Shown: piece after piece, positions 33,741 through 46,959 of the stretch
Layout of the letters: every line of letters starts with the position of its first letter
Position numbering within the stretch: position 1 is the stretch's first letter
From: Selaginella moellendorffii
Taxonomy: Eukaryota > Plantae > Lycopodiophyta
Length of the DNA stretch: 64,000 nt
Reading direction: 5' to 3'
Assembly: GCF_000143415.4 (NCBI RefSeq)
Contig: NW_003314275.1
Coordinates: forward strand, 2,546,908 to 2,610,907
Notes under the pieces: generated by a model
The model's database searches: none
What the model saw: the letters and a program-made list of their open reading frames with translations, nothing else
What the model was told of the DNA's origin: nothing
Program-made: the position numbers and the translations under genes

Positions 33741-35089
33741 TCAATGTGCTATCCTCAGATGCTTTCTTGACATTCTTGTCATCTACAATTGTGATTCTTC
33801 AAGATAAGAATTCAAAAGAGAAGAACTACCTAGTGAAAAAATAATCAAGTATCTAGTGGAGATTTATTCGTGGGAGTAATGTTTTTTAAGGGTCTTGCAG
33901 TGCCCAACAAGTGGAGAAAAGTCGTAAAGAACACAAATCACTCAAAGGTTTTGGCGTGACAAAGCGAGGTTTTTCTTTGTGATAACGTAATTAGTTTGGA
34001 AGTTTGGGGAATCCACGCCCCTTGCAAGCGGCGAAGGATAAGAGTCTCCTTTTACAACAGCGCTCTTGGATTTCCAGCTTCAAGGCACTTTGCGACATTC
34101 ATTTGTATCCAGAGCTGCCTCATGCTTACGCCATGCGGGAGATATTATCAACAAGATGGGCATGGAGAAAAAAAGATAAAAGGTGGCGCCCAAGACGTTG
34201 AACTTCCATGTCGTTTTTACGTGTGTTATTTGGTTTGTGCCTCGTGGCGATGAATAGATGGGTGAGGTAAAGTCTACGTGTCAACAGGACAAGTGCCATC
34301 AATTCCAAGTGGGCTCTTTTGTTGCATGGCCAACTTTCAATGTGGCAGGGTGTAATTTCATCCCAATATATTTCTGAGCTAGTAGTTCGCTTTAGAAAAC
34401 GTTGTTATGGAAGCAGTGGAGCAAATCATACGGGCACGGACGCACAACTTCGTCTTGCTGCCCCGGATTTTACGAATTAGTCAAAACCGTCACCTCTAGC
34501 GAGGAAACCGGCGGCTTACAATTTCACACGTTCACATGCGCGCCACGTGGTCAACAGGTAGAGAATATGCTTCCGTGCGGCGTCCGTGCGAGCGTTGTGG
34601 CGGATATAAATCGGCCACGCGAAACCATCGCTACCGGGAAAGAAAGGAAGAAAAATCACATCGCGCATTAAATGCTTGCCCTTGAGAGGCGCTCCTCGCA
34701 TGTGATCCACTCGCCCTCGACGAATCCGACTAGTTTAATCCATCAAATTCTATTCTAGCCGCGATCCATCCATTCTTGTTCCATCGATTTCCATTCCAGG
34801 CTTGCAATCTCTGCCCGCTCACGCGATCGATCCATCAGCGCTGCGAGAGATTGTCAGGGGTAGCTGGCGGTAGCTCTCAATCGCGCTCGGTTCTTGTGCG
34901 TTGCGCCAGATTCTCACAGGCAATTTGTCAATCGTTGCAGGAAATCCCAAGAACAGGCTAGGTTCTTGGCCAGGAATTCCAAGAACAGCAAGATACTTCT
35001 CGATCTTGGCAAGACTCCAGAGATTTCGAGGAGATTTCGAGCTCCTTTCTCGATTCTCTCTCGATCTTGGCTGGAACCCAAGAATCTCG

Positions 35090-35677
35090 ATGGGGAATGC
35101 TTGCAGGATATCGTCGATAGACTACTCCAGCGACGACGAGAGCGGCGGTGGCGGTGGCACGAGCCGGTGGATCATCATCCTCCAGGCCAAGGGCGACGTG
35201 ATGAAGCTGGATCCCCGCGGCGCCAAGATCAAAGCCGGCGATGTCATGCTCCAGCACCCCCACCATTTCCTCTGCCTCGCCAGCACCATCCTCGTGCGCC
35301 GCAAGAGCAAGATGATCCCGGCCAAGGCGACGCTCCAGCCAGGCAAGATCTATCTCCTCCTCCCCTTGCCAGATCCGGAAGGCCAAGAACACGACCAGGA
35401 GGAGCGCGAGGGGCCCAAGAATCTGGACGAGCCGCTACTCCCCACGAGAAACAAGGCCGAGGGCACCACCAAGTTCATCATCTCCAAGCACTACCTGGAC
35501 AAGATCTTGAGCGAGAGCAAGCAGCAGGGCAGCAGTAGCAGGAGGAGCTCCATCCGGCGCAGCGCTCCAATCCCCCAGAGAAGATCCTCCTCCTCCAAGC
35601 GGAGATCATGCGAGTCGAGCGTCCAGCGGAGATCCATCGTGTGGAGCCCGGCACTGGACAGCATTCCCGAGAAGTAG
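35090..35677 (+). CDS. PADRE/DUF4228 family protein
   Basis: MGNAC N-terminus, IKAGDVMLQHPHHFLC, LQPGKIYLLLP, C-terminal WSPALDSIPE. Confidence 0.88.
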   Translation: MGNACRISSIDYSSDDESGGGGGTSRWIIILQAKGDVMKLDPRGAKIKAGDVMLQHPHHFLCLASTILVRRKSKMIPAKATLQPGKIYLLLPLPDPEGQEHDQEEREGPKNLDEPLLPTRNKAEGTTKFIISKHYLDKILSESKQQGSSSRRSSIRRSAPIPQRRSSSSKRRSCESSVQRRSIVWSPALDSIPEK

Positions 35678-36456
35678 GGAGTGAGTTTTCTCTATTAGCG
35701 CGCGCGCGCCCGGTATTCCTTGTCCGAGGTGTCCGAAGTGGAGTGTCCGAGGTGATAGTCGGTGTCCGAGGTGGTAGACCGAGCATACGTTTCCATCGAG
35801 TGGTCGTTTACGATGTTTTCTTCGTGTTCTCCTCTTGATCTTTAAAACAAAGATAGCTACGAATTAAGAACAGTTCCATTCCACGCCGCCACGGAACAAA
35901 TGATAGTCTAATCTTTTCTTTGCACCAACCTTTTGGGAAATCTCCCTGTGGTTTTGTTTGACCGGGAAGCGATGCATTGATTCAAAGATTTCACGCCATA
36001 AAAACTGGAGCGACCAGCGCTGCGACAAACTTGGATGAACATGCTATCATGTGGAAGGCGGCACACCAAATCCAGAAAATCCAAGCAGCGTAGTTTATAT
36101 ACGCCGGGACAAACTCGCCGTTAAAGAGCGCGCACAAGCTATTAAGCCAACCAGTCATAGTTCTTTCGAGACAAAAAATGGGAAGAACAAAGAAAGCCAA
36201 TAGTTGTGTGCTTGCTTGCCGTGGATGGATTGGAAACCAATGCGTTCATACGGAGCAAAGATTTATTTCTTCTCAAAGCCATCCTGCCAAAACAAGCAAA
36301 CGAGAGAAAACGCATCAAAACAAAGAAACAAAGATTCGAGACAAAGTGTGCGTGCGAGTACCTCTCTTTGTTGCTTGCCGAGACACAGGCTAGGACGACG
36401 AGACGATGCATTCCATTTGTTTCTAAGTCCGCGTTGATAGAAAAATTGGTTTCCTG

Positions 36457-39378
36457 CTAGTAGGCCGCGGCTCCATAATTCCCTCGTCCAGATCCCGAGG
36501 CTTGGTTTGGACAATCTCTGGCCCAGTGACCGCCTTGGCCACACTTGAAACAACTATTTCCCGAGGCACCGCCTCCACCACCGCCGTAAGATCCTGTATT
36601 GCCACGACCGCCACCACTGCCATATCCACCACCACCACCGCTACCATATCCACCACCGCCACCACCACCGCTACCATATCCACCACCGCCACCACCACCG
36701 CTACCATATCCACCACCACCACCGCCGCCGCCGCTACCATATCCCCCACCGTATCCGCCGGTATAGCCACCTGAGTTGTTGCCCCCGAAACCACCGGCGT
36801 TTCCACTGAATCCGCCACCTCCTGTGTTACCACCGCCGCTGTTGCCACTGAATCCGCCACCATAGCCACCACTGGTGGTACCACCGCCAGTGTTGGCACT
36901 GAATCCGCCACCGCCACCATAGCCACTACCAGAGTTGGCACCAAAGCCACTTCTACCACCGCCAGAGTTGCCGACGTAGCCACTGTATCCTCCTCCGCTA
37001 CTTCCACCACCGCCAGCATTTCCGCCGTAGCCACCTCCACCAGCGTATCCACTTGCACTCCCGCCATATCCTCCGCCTCCAGTGGTAGCGCGGTACCCAG
37101 CGTCCGCTCCAGACATACCGCTCATCGTTTGCGCCGAGAAGCTCGCCGTGTTGTTGATAGGCTCGCCTCTCCTGAGCTTCCCGATCGCGTCAATCATGTA
37201 CTTGCTCTCCGCGACGAAATCCAACTTCTCGGCTCGCTGGATATTTACTTTGACCCGCTGCTCGTCGTTGAAACTTTCTTCCTTGATCCTGACCTTGAAA
37301 TGGTGCTGGGTGAACTGGATGCTGGCAATGTGGTCAAGGAACCGGCCGTTGTCCTCCTGTTTCCACATAAAGAGGTCCTTGGCTTTCACGCCCAAGAGTT
37401 CTTCCGCGGCCTCCTGGAAGCCAGTGAGCCAGGTAGCGCCCGTGTGATCCATCACTTGAATGGAGAGCATATATCTGTAGTCGCACTCGGGGACGGTTCG
37501 GTCACACCGCTCACACCGCCAAGTTCCGTCTCCATTGTTCGTCACCTTTTTGCTGCACTGCCTGTCTCCAATTTGCAGCGGGCATGCTGTGTAGCAGAAG
37601 CTGTCCGTCTTTATAAAGTGGATGGTCGCTCTTATAGTGACGAAGTCTGGCTTCTCCGATCTGCCAAGTCCCTCGTCTTTAATCTGCGACACAGTCTTCC
37701 GGTTCTCCGTCCGACCACCACCGCCCGCTCCTTCCCTGGAAATAGACTGCGCCTGTGCGTGCCTACCCTCGCGTTCAAACCACAACTGCAGGGAACGTGC
37801 TTCTGGATGATCGGGATTGATTTGGAACCGCGTCGAGGAAATAGTCCCCAGGCTCTTTCCGCTGAAATCGCTTACTCGACCTGCTTTGATTGCCAGTATG
37901 GGACTTTGGCCTGAATCACATAGCTCCTGGAGGTGCTGTCCTTCTTGAGTACAAAAGTTGCCCCACATTGTGATCTCGACGCTCTTGCCAGACCTGTCTC
38001 TAAGCTGCAGCGTCCTCCGTTGTGTCTCTGTACCGTTTTTTCTCATTATAGTCGTTGTTTGGTTGACCCCGACCACCACTCCAATGGCGTCAACCATGGC
38101 ATTGTTCGGCAGATTCTCGATCTCACTGACCTGCTTGAAGTCAAACACTTGCTGCGGAACTGACGAGTCCTCAGGACACGGGTCGAGCACTGAGTCCTTC
38201 TCGAACATAATCTCCCAGTCGTTCTTCAAGTGATTGAACTGCTTCTGTGCCGCTCGGAGGGATCCTTTGGAGACCATATACAACCGACCGACCTGAGCAC
38301 GCTCGTAAAACTCGTCCGCAACGTTGTTGAAGCAAGTAACTCTGATCTCACCACCCTCGGCATCCAGAAGATCGAAGCTAAACACCCTGCCATCACCTCG
38401 GGCGTTGTTGAAGCGACGGAGGTCGCTCTTAGAAGTGATCCTCGCTTTGATCGTCCAGCGGCCGTGATACGGGTTCAAAGCTGCTATAGGAACGAGTCCA
38501 GGCGGCCCCTCGTTCCTTGCAATAGGCCCTCTATTCGTGTAAGTTGGCGGCGGTCCATATGGAGGATTCGGAGCATAAGACCCGATAGACTCTGCCGGTC
38601 TTCCACCGTACGCAACTGTTTCTCTTCTAGCCTCTGCTGGCCTTCCATAAGGACTCACAGCGGGAGTTGCTTGTCCTCCAAAAGAACCCGGCTCTGCTGG
38701 CCTTCCATAAGGACTCACAGCGGGAGTTGCTTGTCCTCCAAAAGAACCCGGCTCTGGTGTTCTTCCACCGATAGAGCTCCCCTCTGCTGCTCTTCCACCT
38801 AGAGAGTTTGTCTCTGTAGGCCTTCCACCGAAAGAGGTAGCCTCTGCCTGTCTTCCCCCGAAAGAGCTCACTTCCGTTGGCCTTCCACCGAAGGAGCTCA
38901 CCTCTGCTGGTCTTCCACCGTAGGAGCTGACAGCGGACGCTGTTTGGTTCCCACTAGGACCAGGAGGATCAACTACCGCTCCAGGAGGTTGATCGCTCAT
39001 CTCTGCATTTGAAACAAGAACATCCAAGTTGAGGACAATCACTATCCTGTAAAAAAAGGAAAAGAAGCTCGCACAAGAAGACAAGGATAGAAAAAGAGTA
39101 GCTTACTTTCTATCTTTCACGGTGTTGCAAATGTACTCTTGAAGCTTCACGATGCTGCTCTTCATCAAGGTTCCATTCTTGACGACCTCGTTGAGCTGCG
39201 TGGCGAGCATGGCCTGCTGCACAGCGGTCCCATCCGACAGCACCAAGCGATAGCGCTCTTGGACGTTCTGATTCGACCCAATCTGCTTCACGTCCAGTAC
39301 CTGGACGATGGGCCGGAGCTCCAAGTCCCCTCCCAGGAGCGCCACAATCGCATTGGGGGTGAGAGACGGCTGCGCCAT
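36457..39378 (-). CDS. RPA1: Replication protein A 70-kDa subunit, RPA1C/E-type with Gly-rich tail and CCHC knuckle (2 exons)
   Basis: ERYRLVLSDG...MLATQLN, PIAALNPYHGRWTIKARITSKS, CYTACP...CSKKV...CERC, YRYML, CFKCGQGGHWARDC. Confidence 0.96.
38634..38757. repeat. 60-bp tandem duplication within the RPA1 linker
   Basis: Lines 38641 and 38701 are nearly identical and encode EPGSFGGQATPAVSPYGRPA twice. Confidence 0.92.
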
Positions 39379-39389
39379 GAGAGGAAAGA

Positions 39390-39586
39390 ATCGCCAAAAC
39401 CCTAGACGACGCAAACAATACACCCAAGCCGCGATCGCGGCAGAGCTTACCCGATCAAACAGCCTGGCGATCGAGCCGCCTTCGCGATCGCCACGCGTGA
39501 GGCGGTGCCAAAATATCCAAACCCTAGATTAGCGCGCCAAAAAATAAAGAAGCTCAAACGCAAGAACCCTATATTGGGCGGCAAAA
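39390..39586. promoter_or_regulatory. Divergent promoter with E2F sites and telo-boxes
   Basis: gcgcgccaaa at 39532-39541 (TTTGGCGCGC on the minus strand), ggcggcaaaa near 39577, AAACCCTA near 39398 and 39519. Confidence 0.65.
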
Positions 39587-39588
39587 GA

Positions 39589-39912
39589 ATGGGGCTGCTT
39601 TGGGGGCGCAAGAAGAATGCTGCGCCGGCTCCAACTCCAGCGCCGCCAGCGCCAGCGCCGGACCCAATTCCAGCCGATCCTCCCGTCTCCGCGGATGTCG
39701 ACGCAGCGGCTTCGTCGGCAGTGAGTAGTAGTAGCGATGGCGTTGCTGCAGGATTGCTGGCGGCGGAGACGAGCGTCTTCGAATTTGGGAGCGCAGGAAG
39801 AGAGAAAGTGACGCTGGCTGGCTACTGCCCGGTGTCCGATGCCCTGGAGCCCTGCCGCTGGAAAATCCTTCCCTCTGGCGATGGAGCGCCCAAGTTCCGG
39901 GTTATCTTTTGA
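39589..39912 (+). CDS. Small uncharacterised plant protein with Pro/Ala-rich N-terminus
   Basis: MGLLWGRKK... ending FEFGSAG...VTLAGYCPVSDALEPCRWKILP...APKFRVIF*. Coding-like GC content. Confidence 0.78.
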   Translation: MGLLWGRKKNAAPAPTPAPPAPAPDPIPADPPVSADVDAAASSAVSSSSDGVAAGLLAAETSVFEFGSAGREKVTLAGYCPVSDALEPCRWKILPSGDGAPKFRVIF

Positions 39913-40949
39913 TAAACCCTAGCTCGTCTTTTTGCCTTTGTTAAGGCACGTGGTTCGAATCTTGTGTGGATTTGATTAAGGGCCAATTACCATCCTTTTT
40001 ATTTTCCTGCAACGTGTCCACGTTAACATCACTATTTAATGTCTTCCGTACGCCTGGGATGTGGGGAATATCCGGTCCAGTCAAAAAAGTGGACGACGTG
40101 GTGCCACTTGTCGCCATCAGATTGATCGAAGGAACTGGAATATCCCCGGAGTTGGGACATGCTACATAGAAGCATATAACAACTATATGGAAGGTGACAT
40201 CCAATAATCCACCACGTCCCATGATGATAATGAATCACATACATGCATAGCATTATATGCCACAAGTGGGGATTTCGCTCCTTAGAGCACCGGTTGAGCC
40301 ATATTAGTACCGTAGAACCTTGAAATTCCCTGGTTGAGGCATATATGTATGTGGATGGTTAGTGGCACACATACATTAGTGCGTTTTGTCTCACATCCCC
40401 CTGGGCCCTGGCCGGCGGGGATAACAGCGTAAAGAAGAGAATTTTACCATTGGACGAGGGAGATAACATAACATTAGGCCTTCCTTCCCCACAAGTGGCC
40501 CAGTTAGCGTCGTGTAATGGCCTCAGCCGCGCTGCAGCCTAACGAGTGGCTAACTGTGGCGAGTCCAGTTTGTTAGCCTCGCCCCATTGCCCATTAAGAA
40601 AGTGGGAGTAGCAATACAGGGAGGTGTGCTGTGTAGTGTGTGTAGGCTATAGCGGCCCTAGAGTTCTTTGTAATGGGGAAGAGAGAATGTAGGCGCTGGG
40701 CGAGGGCGAGGGCTTGGAGGAGGCGGCGATGAGCGCGATCGAGGCGCGGGATCGAGGCGGCGCTGCTCCAGGTGCGTGAGGCGCGGTGTGGAATCCGGCT
40801 GCGCGGCCGCGGCATCGAGAATCTCCGCCCAGGGTCTGGATTTAGGTCATCGAGGACTGTGCGCGAGAATGCGGCAACGCTCGCGGCAGCTGGGGAAGGA
40901 ATGTAGGAGTGGCGGTGAGCTCTAGTGTCGAGGCAGGGAGGAGCGAGAA

Positions 40950-43480
40950 ATGGGGTGTGCGTGCACCAAGGAGAATCCTCAAGAGGAGTCGGAGAGCCCC
41001 AAGGTTGTGACCAGGGCCAGCAAGCGGGTGAATGGATCGGCGAGGACCGAGGCTGCGGTGGCGAATGGGATTGTGGAGAAGGAGAGCAAGGAGAGGCCGA
41101 GAGGTAGGAAGCAGCAGCAGCAAAATGGGACTGTGGGACTACATGGGGATGTGGTGGAGAGGAGGAGAATGCCGGAGCCCAACCCCCGGCTCAGCAATCC
41201 CGTCAAGCACATAGAGGGCGAGCAAGTCGCTGCTGGATGGCCTGGGTGGCTCTCGGCGGTGGCGAGTGAGGCCATCCGAGGTTGGATTCCCCGACGAGCA
41301 GATTCGTTTGAGAAACTAGACAAAGTACGGCCTACTATTGTTCCTTGCTCTTGTTCCTTGGCTCTAACAGTGGTGCTTGCTTCCTTTTTCTCCAGATTGG
41401 CCAAGGCACGTACAGTAATGTCTACAAGGCACGCGACTTAGATAACGGACAAATTGTGGCGCTCAAAAAGGTCCGTTTTGATAATCTCGAGCCAGAAAGC
41501 GTCAAGTTTATGGCCAGAGAGATCCAAGTTCTCAGACGATTGAACCACCCCAACGTGATCAAGCTTGAGGGTCTCGTCACGTCCAGGATGTCCTTCAGCC
41601 TCTATCTCGTGTTCGAGTACATGGAGCACGACCTTGCCGGGCTTGCTGCGTGTCCAGGCATCACGTTTACAGAGCCGCAGGTGAGACGAGACGTGAATAC
41701 TTCCTTGATTTCTGATTACTGAATGCGAAAGCCGACAGGTGAAATGCTACATGCAGCAGCTGATTCGTGGTCTGGATCACTGCCATACTCGGGGAGTATT
41801 GCACAGGGATATAAAAGGATCAAACCTTCTCCTGGACAACTCTGGGATTCTAAAAATCGCTGACTTTGGCCTCGCCACTTTTTTTCATCCCGACCAGAGG
41901 CAAGCATTGACAAGTCGGGTTGTGACTCTTTGGTACCGGCCTCCAGAATTGTTGCTTGGAGCAACGGAGTATGGGGCTGCTGTTGACCTTTGGAGCACCG
42001 GCTGCATTCTTGCCGAACTGCTTGCGGGCAAGCCGATAATGCCTGGTCGTACAGAGGTAAAAGAAAACGTTTTAAATTTCGATTGCTAACTTGAATGCAT
42101 TCACAGGTCGAACAGCTGCATAAAATATTCAAATTGTGTGGCTCTCCTGCGGAAGAGTATTGGAAGAAGTGGAAGTTGCCACACGCCATTATTTTTAAGC
42201 CGCAGCAGCCTTACAAGCGTTGCATTGCGGAAACGTTCAAAGATTTTCCCGCTTCTGCATTGGCGCTTCTAGACACCCTTCTTGCTATCGAGCCTGCGGA
42301 TCGACAAACTGCAGCGGCAGCCTTGGAGAGTGACGTACGTCTTACAGTGGCATATTAAATACTTTCAGGGAGCTAAAGTGTTTTTGTTTTGCATGGCAGT
42401 TCTTCACAAAGAAGCCGTATGCATGTGAACCTTCAAGCTTACCACAGTATCCTCCAAGTAAAGAGCTGGATGCCAAATATCGCGATGAAGAGGCTCGCAG
42501 GTACATGTTTGTTTGTCTTGTCACTGTGGCTGTTTCTTAGAAATGAAATCTGCAGGCAAAGGGCTGGCAGGCATGCCGGCTCGGATGCCAGACGAGGTTC
42601 CAGGGAGCGGAGTAGCAAGGCGGTTCCGGCGCCAGATGCAAATGCAGAGTTACCAAGCTCATTGCAGGTACACTTTCTTTTTAGATCTCGAACTCTTAGA
42701 TCTCAAGCTCTGATATACCATCCGTATTTGTACGACAGAAACGCCGTATTCATTCTCACTCTGCAAAGAGTAAAAGTGAAAAGTTCCTTCCAGCAAATGA
42801 GGACCCAGCAATTGGTTTTCCGATAGATCCACCAAGACAATCAGATGTAAAAGGTGCATCGCCGGTCGGTCGTCTCCCTCCTGCTTCCTCGCGGTCCGGC
42901 CCAATGACGAGGAAACAAAAGGAGGATGACGTGAGAATGGCCCCTCCCAGAATGATGACGCGGACGTCGAAGACGGTCACTGACTTTAATGCTCCCGCCC
43001 AGCCAGCCGACTTGTCGAGCTACTCGAGCTTGGTCGCTGCACGGCATGGTGAACGAAGGGAAAGGCGAGAAAGCAGGCACAGGGAGAAAGAAAAAGAAGG
43101 CAACAGCGGCTCCGCAAAGCCGAGTCTTTCGAATGGTAAGGCTGAGAACGTAGAGAAACCGGCCGAGACATCCAAGCCTGTGGAAGATTTGCAAAAGGAG
43201 TCGTCGTATCTCAAGGAGCAAACTAGTTTGGAAGCTCAAAGAACAGACGGTCTTCCTGCTCTGGTAAACGATCTCTTCTTCTTAGTTTCTTCTCCTTTGC
43301 TTGCTGAAAACTTCGTTCCAGGCACACGAGAACCGGATGTACCACTCGGGTCCCTTGCTCCGCCCAGGCTACTCCGGAAACGCCATAGACGAGTTTCTAG
43401 AGGACCACGAGAGGCGGCTCCAGCAAGCAGCGAGACGAGCGGTACAGGCGGAGCAAAACGCGAAGGCAGCGGATAAGTGA
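40950..43480 (+). CDS. CDKC-related (IBS1-like) Ser/Thr kinase
   Basis: MGCAC N-terminus, EQVAAGWPGWL, IGQGTYSNVYKARD, ESVKFMAREI, HRDIKGSNLL, DFGLA, SRVVTLWYRPPELLLG. Last exon MYHSGPLL...EDHERRLQQAARRA..DK*. Confidence 0.94.
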
Positions 43481-43807
43481 CGACCACTATACCACAAGAT
43501 AACTCAGTATACTCCTACGCCAGGACTACTCACGCAGGTTGGGTCTCGGATTTTCATTCTCTCGCTTGGTTTGGTCGTACTAAAATGAGAGCTTGGGTGA
43601 TAGATCCATCTATCCAGGACCAGAACACACTAAATAGAGAAGTGAACAAAGAGAAAAAAGAGGGGGCCATTCTTTTTCTTAATCTGTTCAAACTCATCAG
43701 TTTTTACATAAGAGAGAACCATTTTTCTCTTGGGGATGTCAAAGGTTCGTGGTTTTCTCCTTCTCTCATTCGCAGTTACTAGGGTAGTAGTGAATAGCGT
43801 AGAGGAA

Positions 43808-44608
<801 letters not shown>

Positions 44609-45059
44609 ACTCTCCCCCTCTTTTGCCTGTGGGTTTGCGATTTTGGAGAGACAGTCGCAACCTTCGCGACATTGTTGTCCTTTATCTCGTAGTTAGAAAA
44701 TAAATTACTAATTATTCTTTCTTTTTTTTTCGTTTTTCGTTTTTTTTTTTTTTTTTTGGCTAAGCTCGAGTACTTGGAAGTTTTGTGTTGAAATTATCAT
44801 TTGTGGTTCTCATTTGTGGATGTGCAGTATCTCCCAGTCGATCACCCCCAAGCGCTTCTCGGTTGTTTATCTCTTTAGTCTTCGCTGTGCCATGTATAAC
44901 TTTGAGAATAGCTCACTGGGACGTTATAAGCGGCACAACATTTGCTATAAACCCAATGGCCAGCTCCAGAGAAGCAACATCGACCTTAACAGCTGTTTCA
45001 ATGGAGGCAGCCTCAACTGTGGCAGAAACTTTGCTGATTCGTGCCAACATAGTCATCAC

Positions 45060-46682
45060 CCGATAGTACCAGACACGTCACGCTGGGAGACACCTCACAA
45101 TCTCAATTGAATAGTATCAGAGGGCTAACCGATTCAGGATGAGCAGGAGACCAAGGATCATGCGTGTGAAGCGGCCTTTCCTCTTGAAGAGGTCCTCCTC
45201 CTCCTCCAACTGTGAACCAGATCCTGCTGCACCTCCAGATGCACAGACCCGGTGAAAGTTGCGTCACAAGAGCCTGCGATTTGTGGATGACACTTTAAAA
45301 GCCACATATTCACAAGTTAATCCGATGGCAATGTCCGAAGCATATCGTCTTCTTACACACGTTGCAGTGGTCAAACAGATCCTGCCTGTTGGTGCACAGA
45401 TGGATGAAGAAAAGGAGTGCAAGCATCTTCTATGCACGCTTCCTCTTTCTTTTGATACCACGATTCTAAGCTCTTCAGCCTTCCATCCCCAAAGCTGGTG
45501 AACCTCAGTATTGTTGAGAGCTATCATCACGTCTCTCGATCTTGGCTACGGGAATGGAAGGCTGGAGAGCAATGAGGAAGGTGCATCGAAGATGCTCACA
45601 TTCCTCTTCTTTGTCCATTTGTGGGAAACTTATGCTTCGTGCTTCAGACATGGTCATCTTTCAGCCAATCAAGAATAACCATTTTCTTTGGTGAAAGCAG
45701 CTCCGCCCGGGCGATGTGGAATCCCACCATCAAGCTCAACCCAGATCATACAGCTACAAAGCACATCTAGTCAGGATAATGGTCAGCTTGACCACTGGTG
45801 CAAAAGTCTCTGTGTAGTTCACTCCAGCGACTTGAGAGTAACCTTTCGCTCTCGCTTGACCACTGGTGCAAAAGTCTCTGTGTAGTTCACTCCAGCGACT
45901 TGAGAGTAACCTTTCGCTCTCGCTTGCCCACCAAATGGATGTAAAGACCGCATTTCTGAATGGTGAGCTCGATGAAAACATCTACATGGAGCAGCCTGAA
46001 GGATACAAAGTTCCAGGAAAAGCACAAGGTAATCTGTGGCTTGAGACAGTGGTAGAAAAAGCTTGATGATTTTCTCAAGAGAAAATCAAGAGAGTGGGAG
46101 CAGATGCAATCTACATCACTGTCTATGTGCATGATTCTTTTCTTGCATGCAACAGCCAGCAGTTTGATGTAGGTTACTTCTTACATGCTACTTCCATTTT
46201 TGGCCTTCTTTATACGGTTCTTACTGGACAGGGTGTCCAGACTCTCACACACTGGCTATTTCTTTAGCCTTCATGAACAAGAAACAGAGTGTGGTTGCTT
46301 GTTCGAGCTGTGAAGTATCTTGCTGCCAATGCGGCCTGCAAAGGAGCTATATGGCTACACCTTCTCACTAATTGGGGTACTCTCCTCCAGGTCCTGCACA
46401 TATTTATTGTGACAATCAAGGCAGCATTGCAGCAAAATTCGTAAGATTTCATCGTGAAACATGGCACATCAGTTTCTTCGTGATCAGTATGAAAATGGCA
46501 TCATTGAGCTGGTATATTGTCCCACGCAGGACATACCCTTACCAAACCTTTATCTGCGCCGAAGTTGTCCTCAGCTCTCAGTGTCAGCTCGAGTGGGAGT
46601 ATTAGGATATCTGGCATTGATATCAAATACCATGTGCCCTGGGAGACACGTTCGTCTTTCATGTTGTTCAAAATTCAATTGA
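45060..46682 (+). mobile_element. Internally deleted Ty1/copia element with LTR remnants, PBS, PPT and candidate TSD
   Basis: PBS tagtatcagaggg at 45112-45124; gag LLCTLPLSFD; RT HQMDVKTAFLNGELDENIYMEQPEGY; RNaseH IYCDNQGSI; PPT gagtgggag at 46591; ends share ctgggagacac...caattgaa; ATCAC at 45055-59 and 46683-87. Confidence 0.85.
45786..45926. repeat. Tandem duplication (about 67-bp unit) of an inverted RT segment
   Basis: gcttgaccactggtgcaaaag...ctttcgctctc occurs twice. It encodes AKGYSQVAGVNYTETFAPVVK on the minus strand, while the rest of RT is on the plus strand. Confidence 0.9.
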
Positions 46683-46959
46683 ATCACAATTGGAACCACA
46701 ACATCCCCCGATTCTGCCGCATCCGCGCAATGTTATGGCGAATGGATTCCTCCAGGAAGAGTGATATTTCAATATCAAATAAATTGGTTGTTTTATCAAA
46801 GAAAACTTCTTACCTTTTCTAGCCCTTCGGTTTTTTGGAGGCAACAGGTTTGAAGCGGATGTCCAAGTTCTAGAGGACACAACCTGGTTTGCCAAAATCC
46901 TCGTCAAAGTGACACGAAAGTTTCTTCTATAAGACAAGCACCTCTCAAGGAGAAGATCT

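Larger units (their letters stand above)
44860..46800 (+). pseudogene. Cyanovirin-N homolog (CVNH) pseudogene 1, split by a copia insertion
   Basis: SGTTF(A)-CYKPNGQLQRSNIDLNSCFNGGSLNCGRNFADSC at about 44928-45050. The 3' remainder (aatggattcctccag...aaattggttgttt) resumes at about 46690-46800 and matches copy 2. Confidence 0.72.

Noticed and set aside
36423-37067. 214-aa Val/Ala-rich repetitive ORF
   Set aside because: Alternative-frame shadow of the RPA1 Gly-rich tail.
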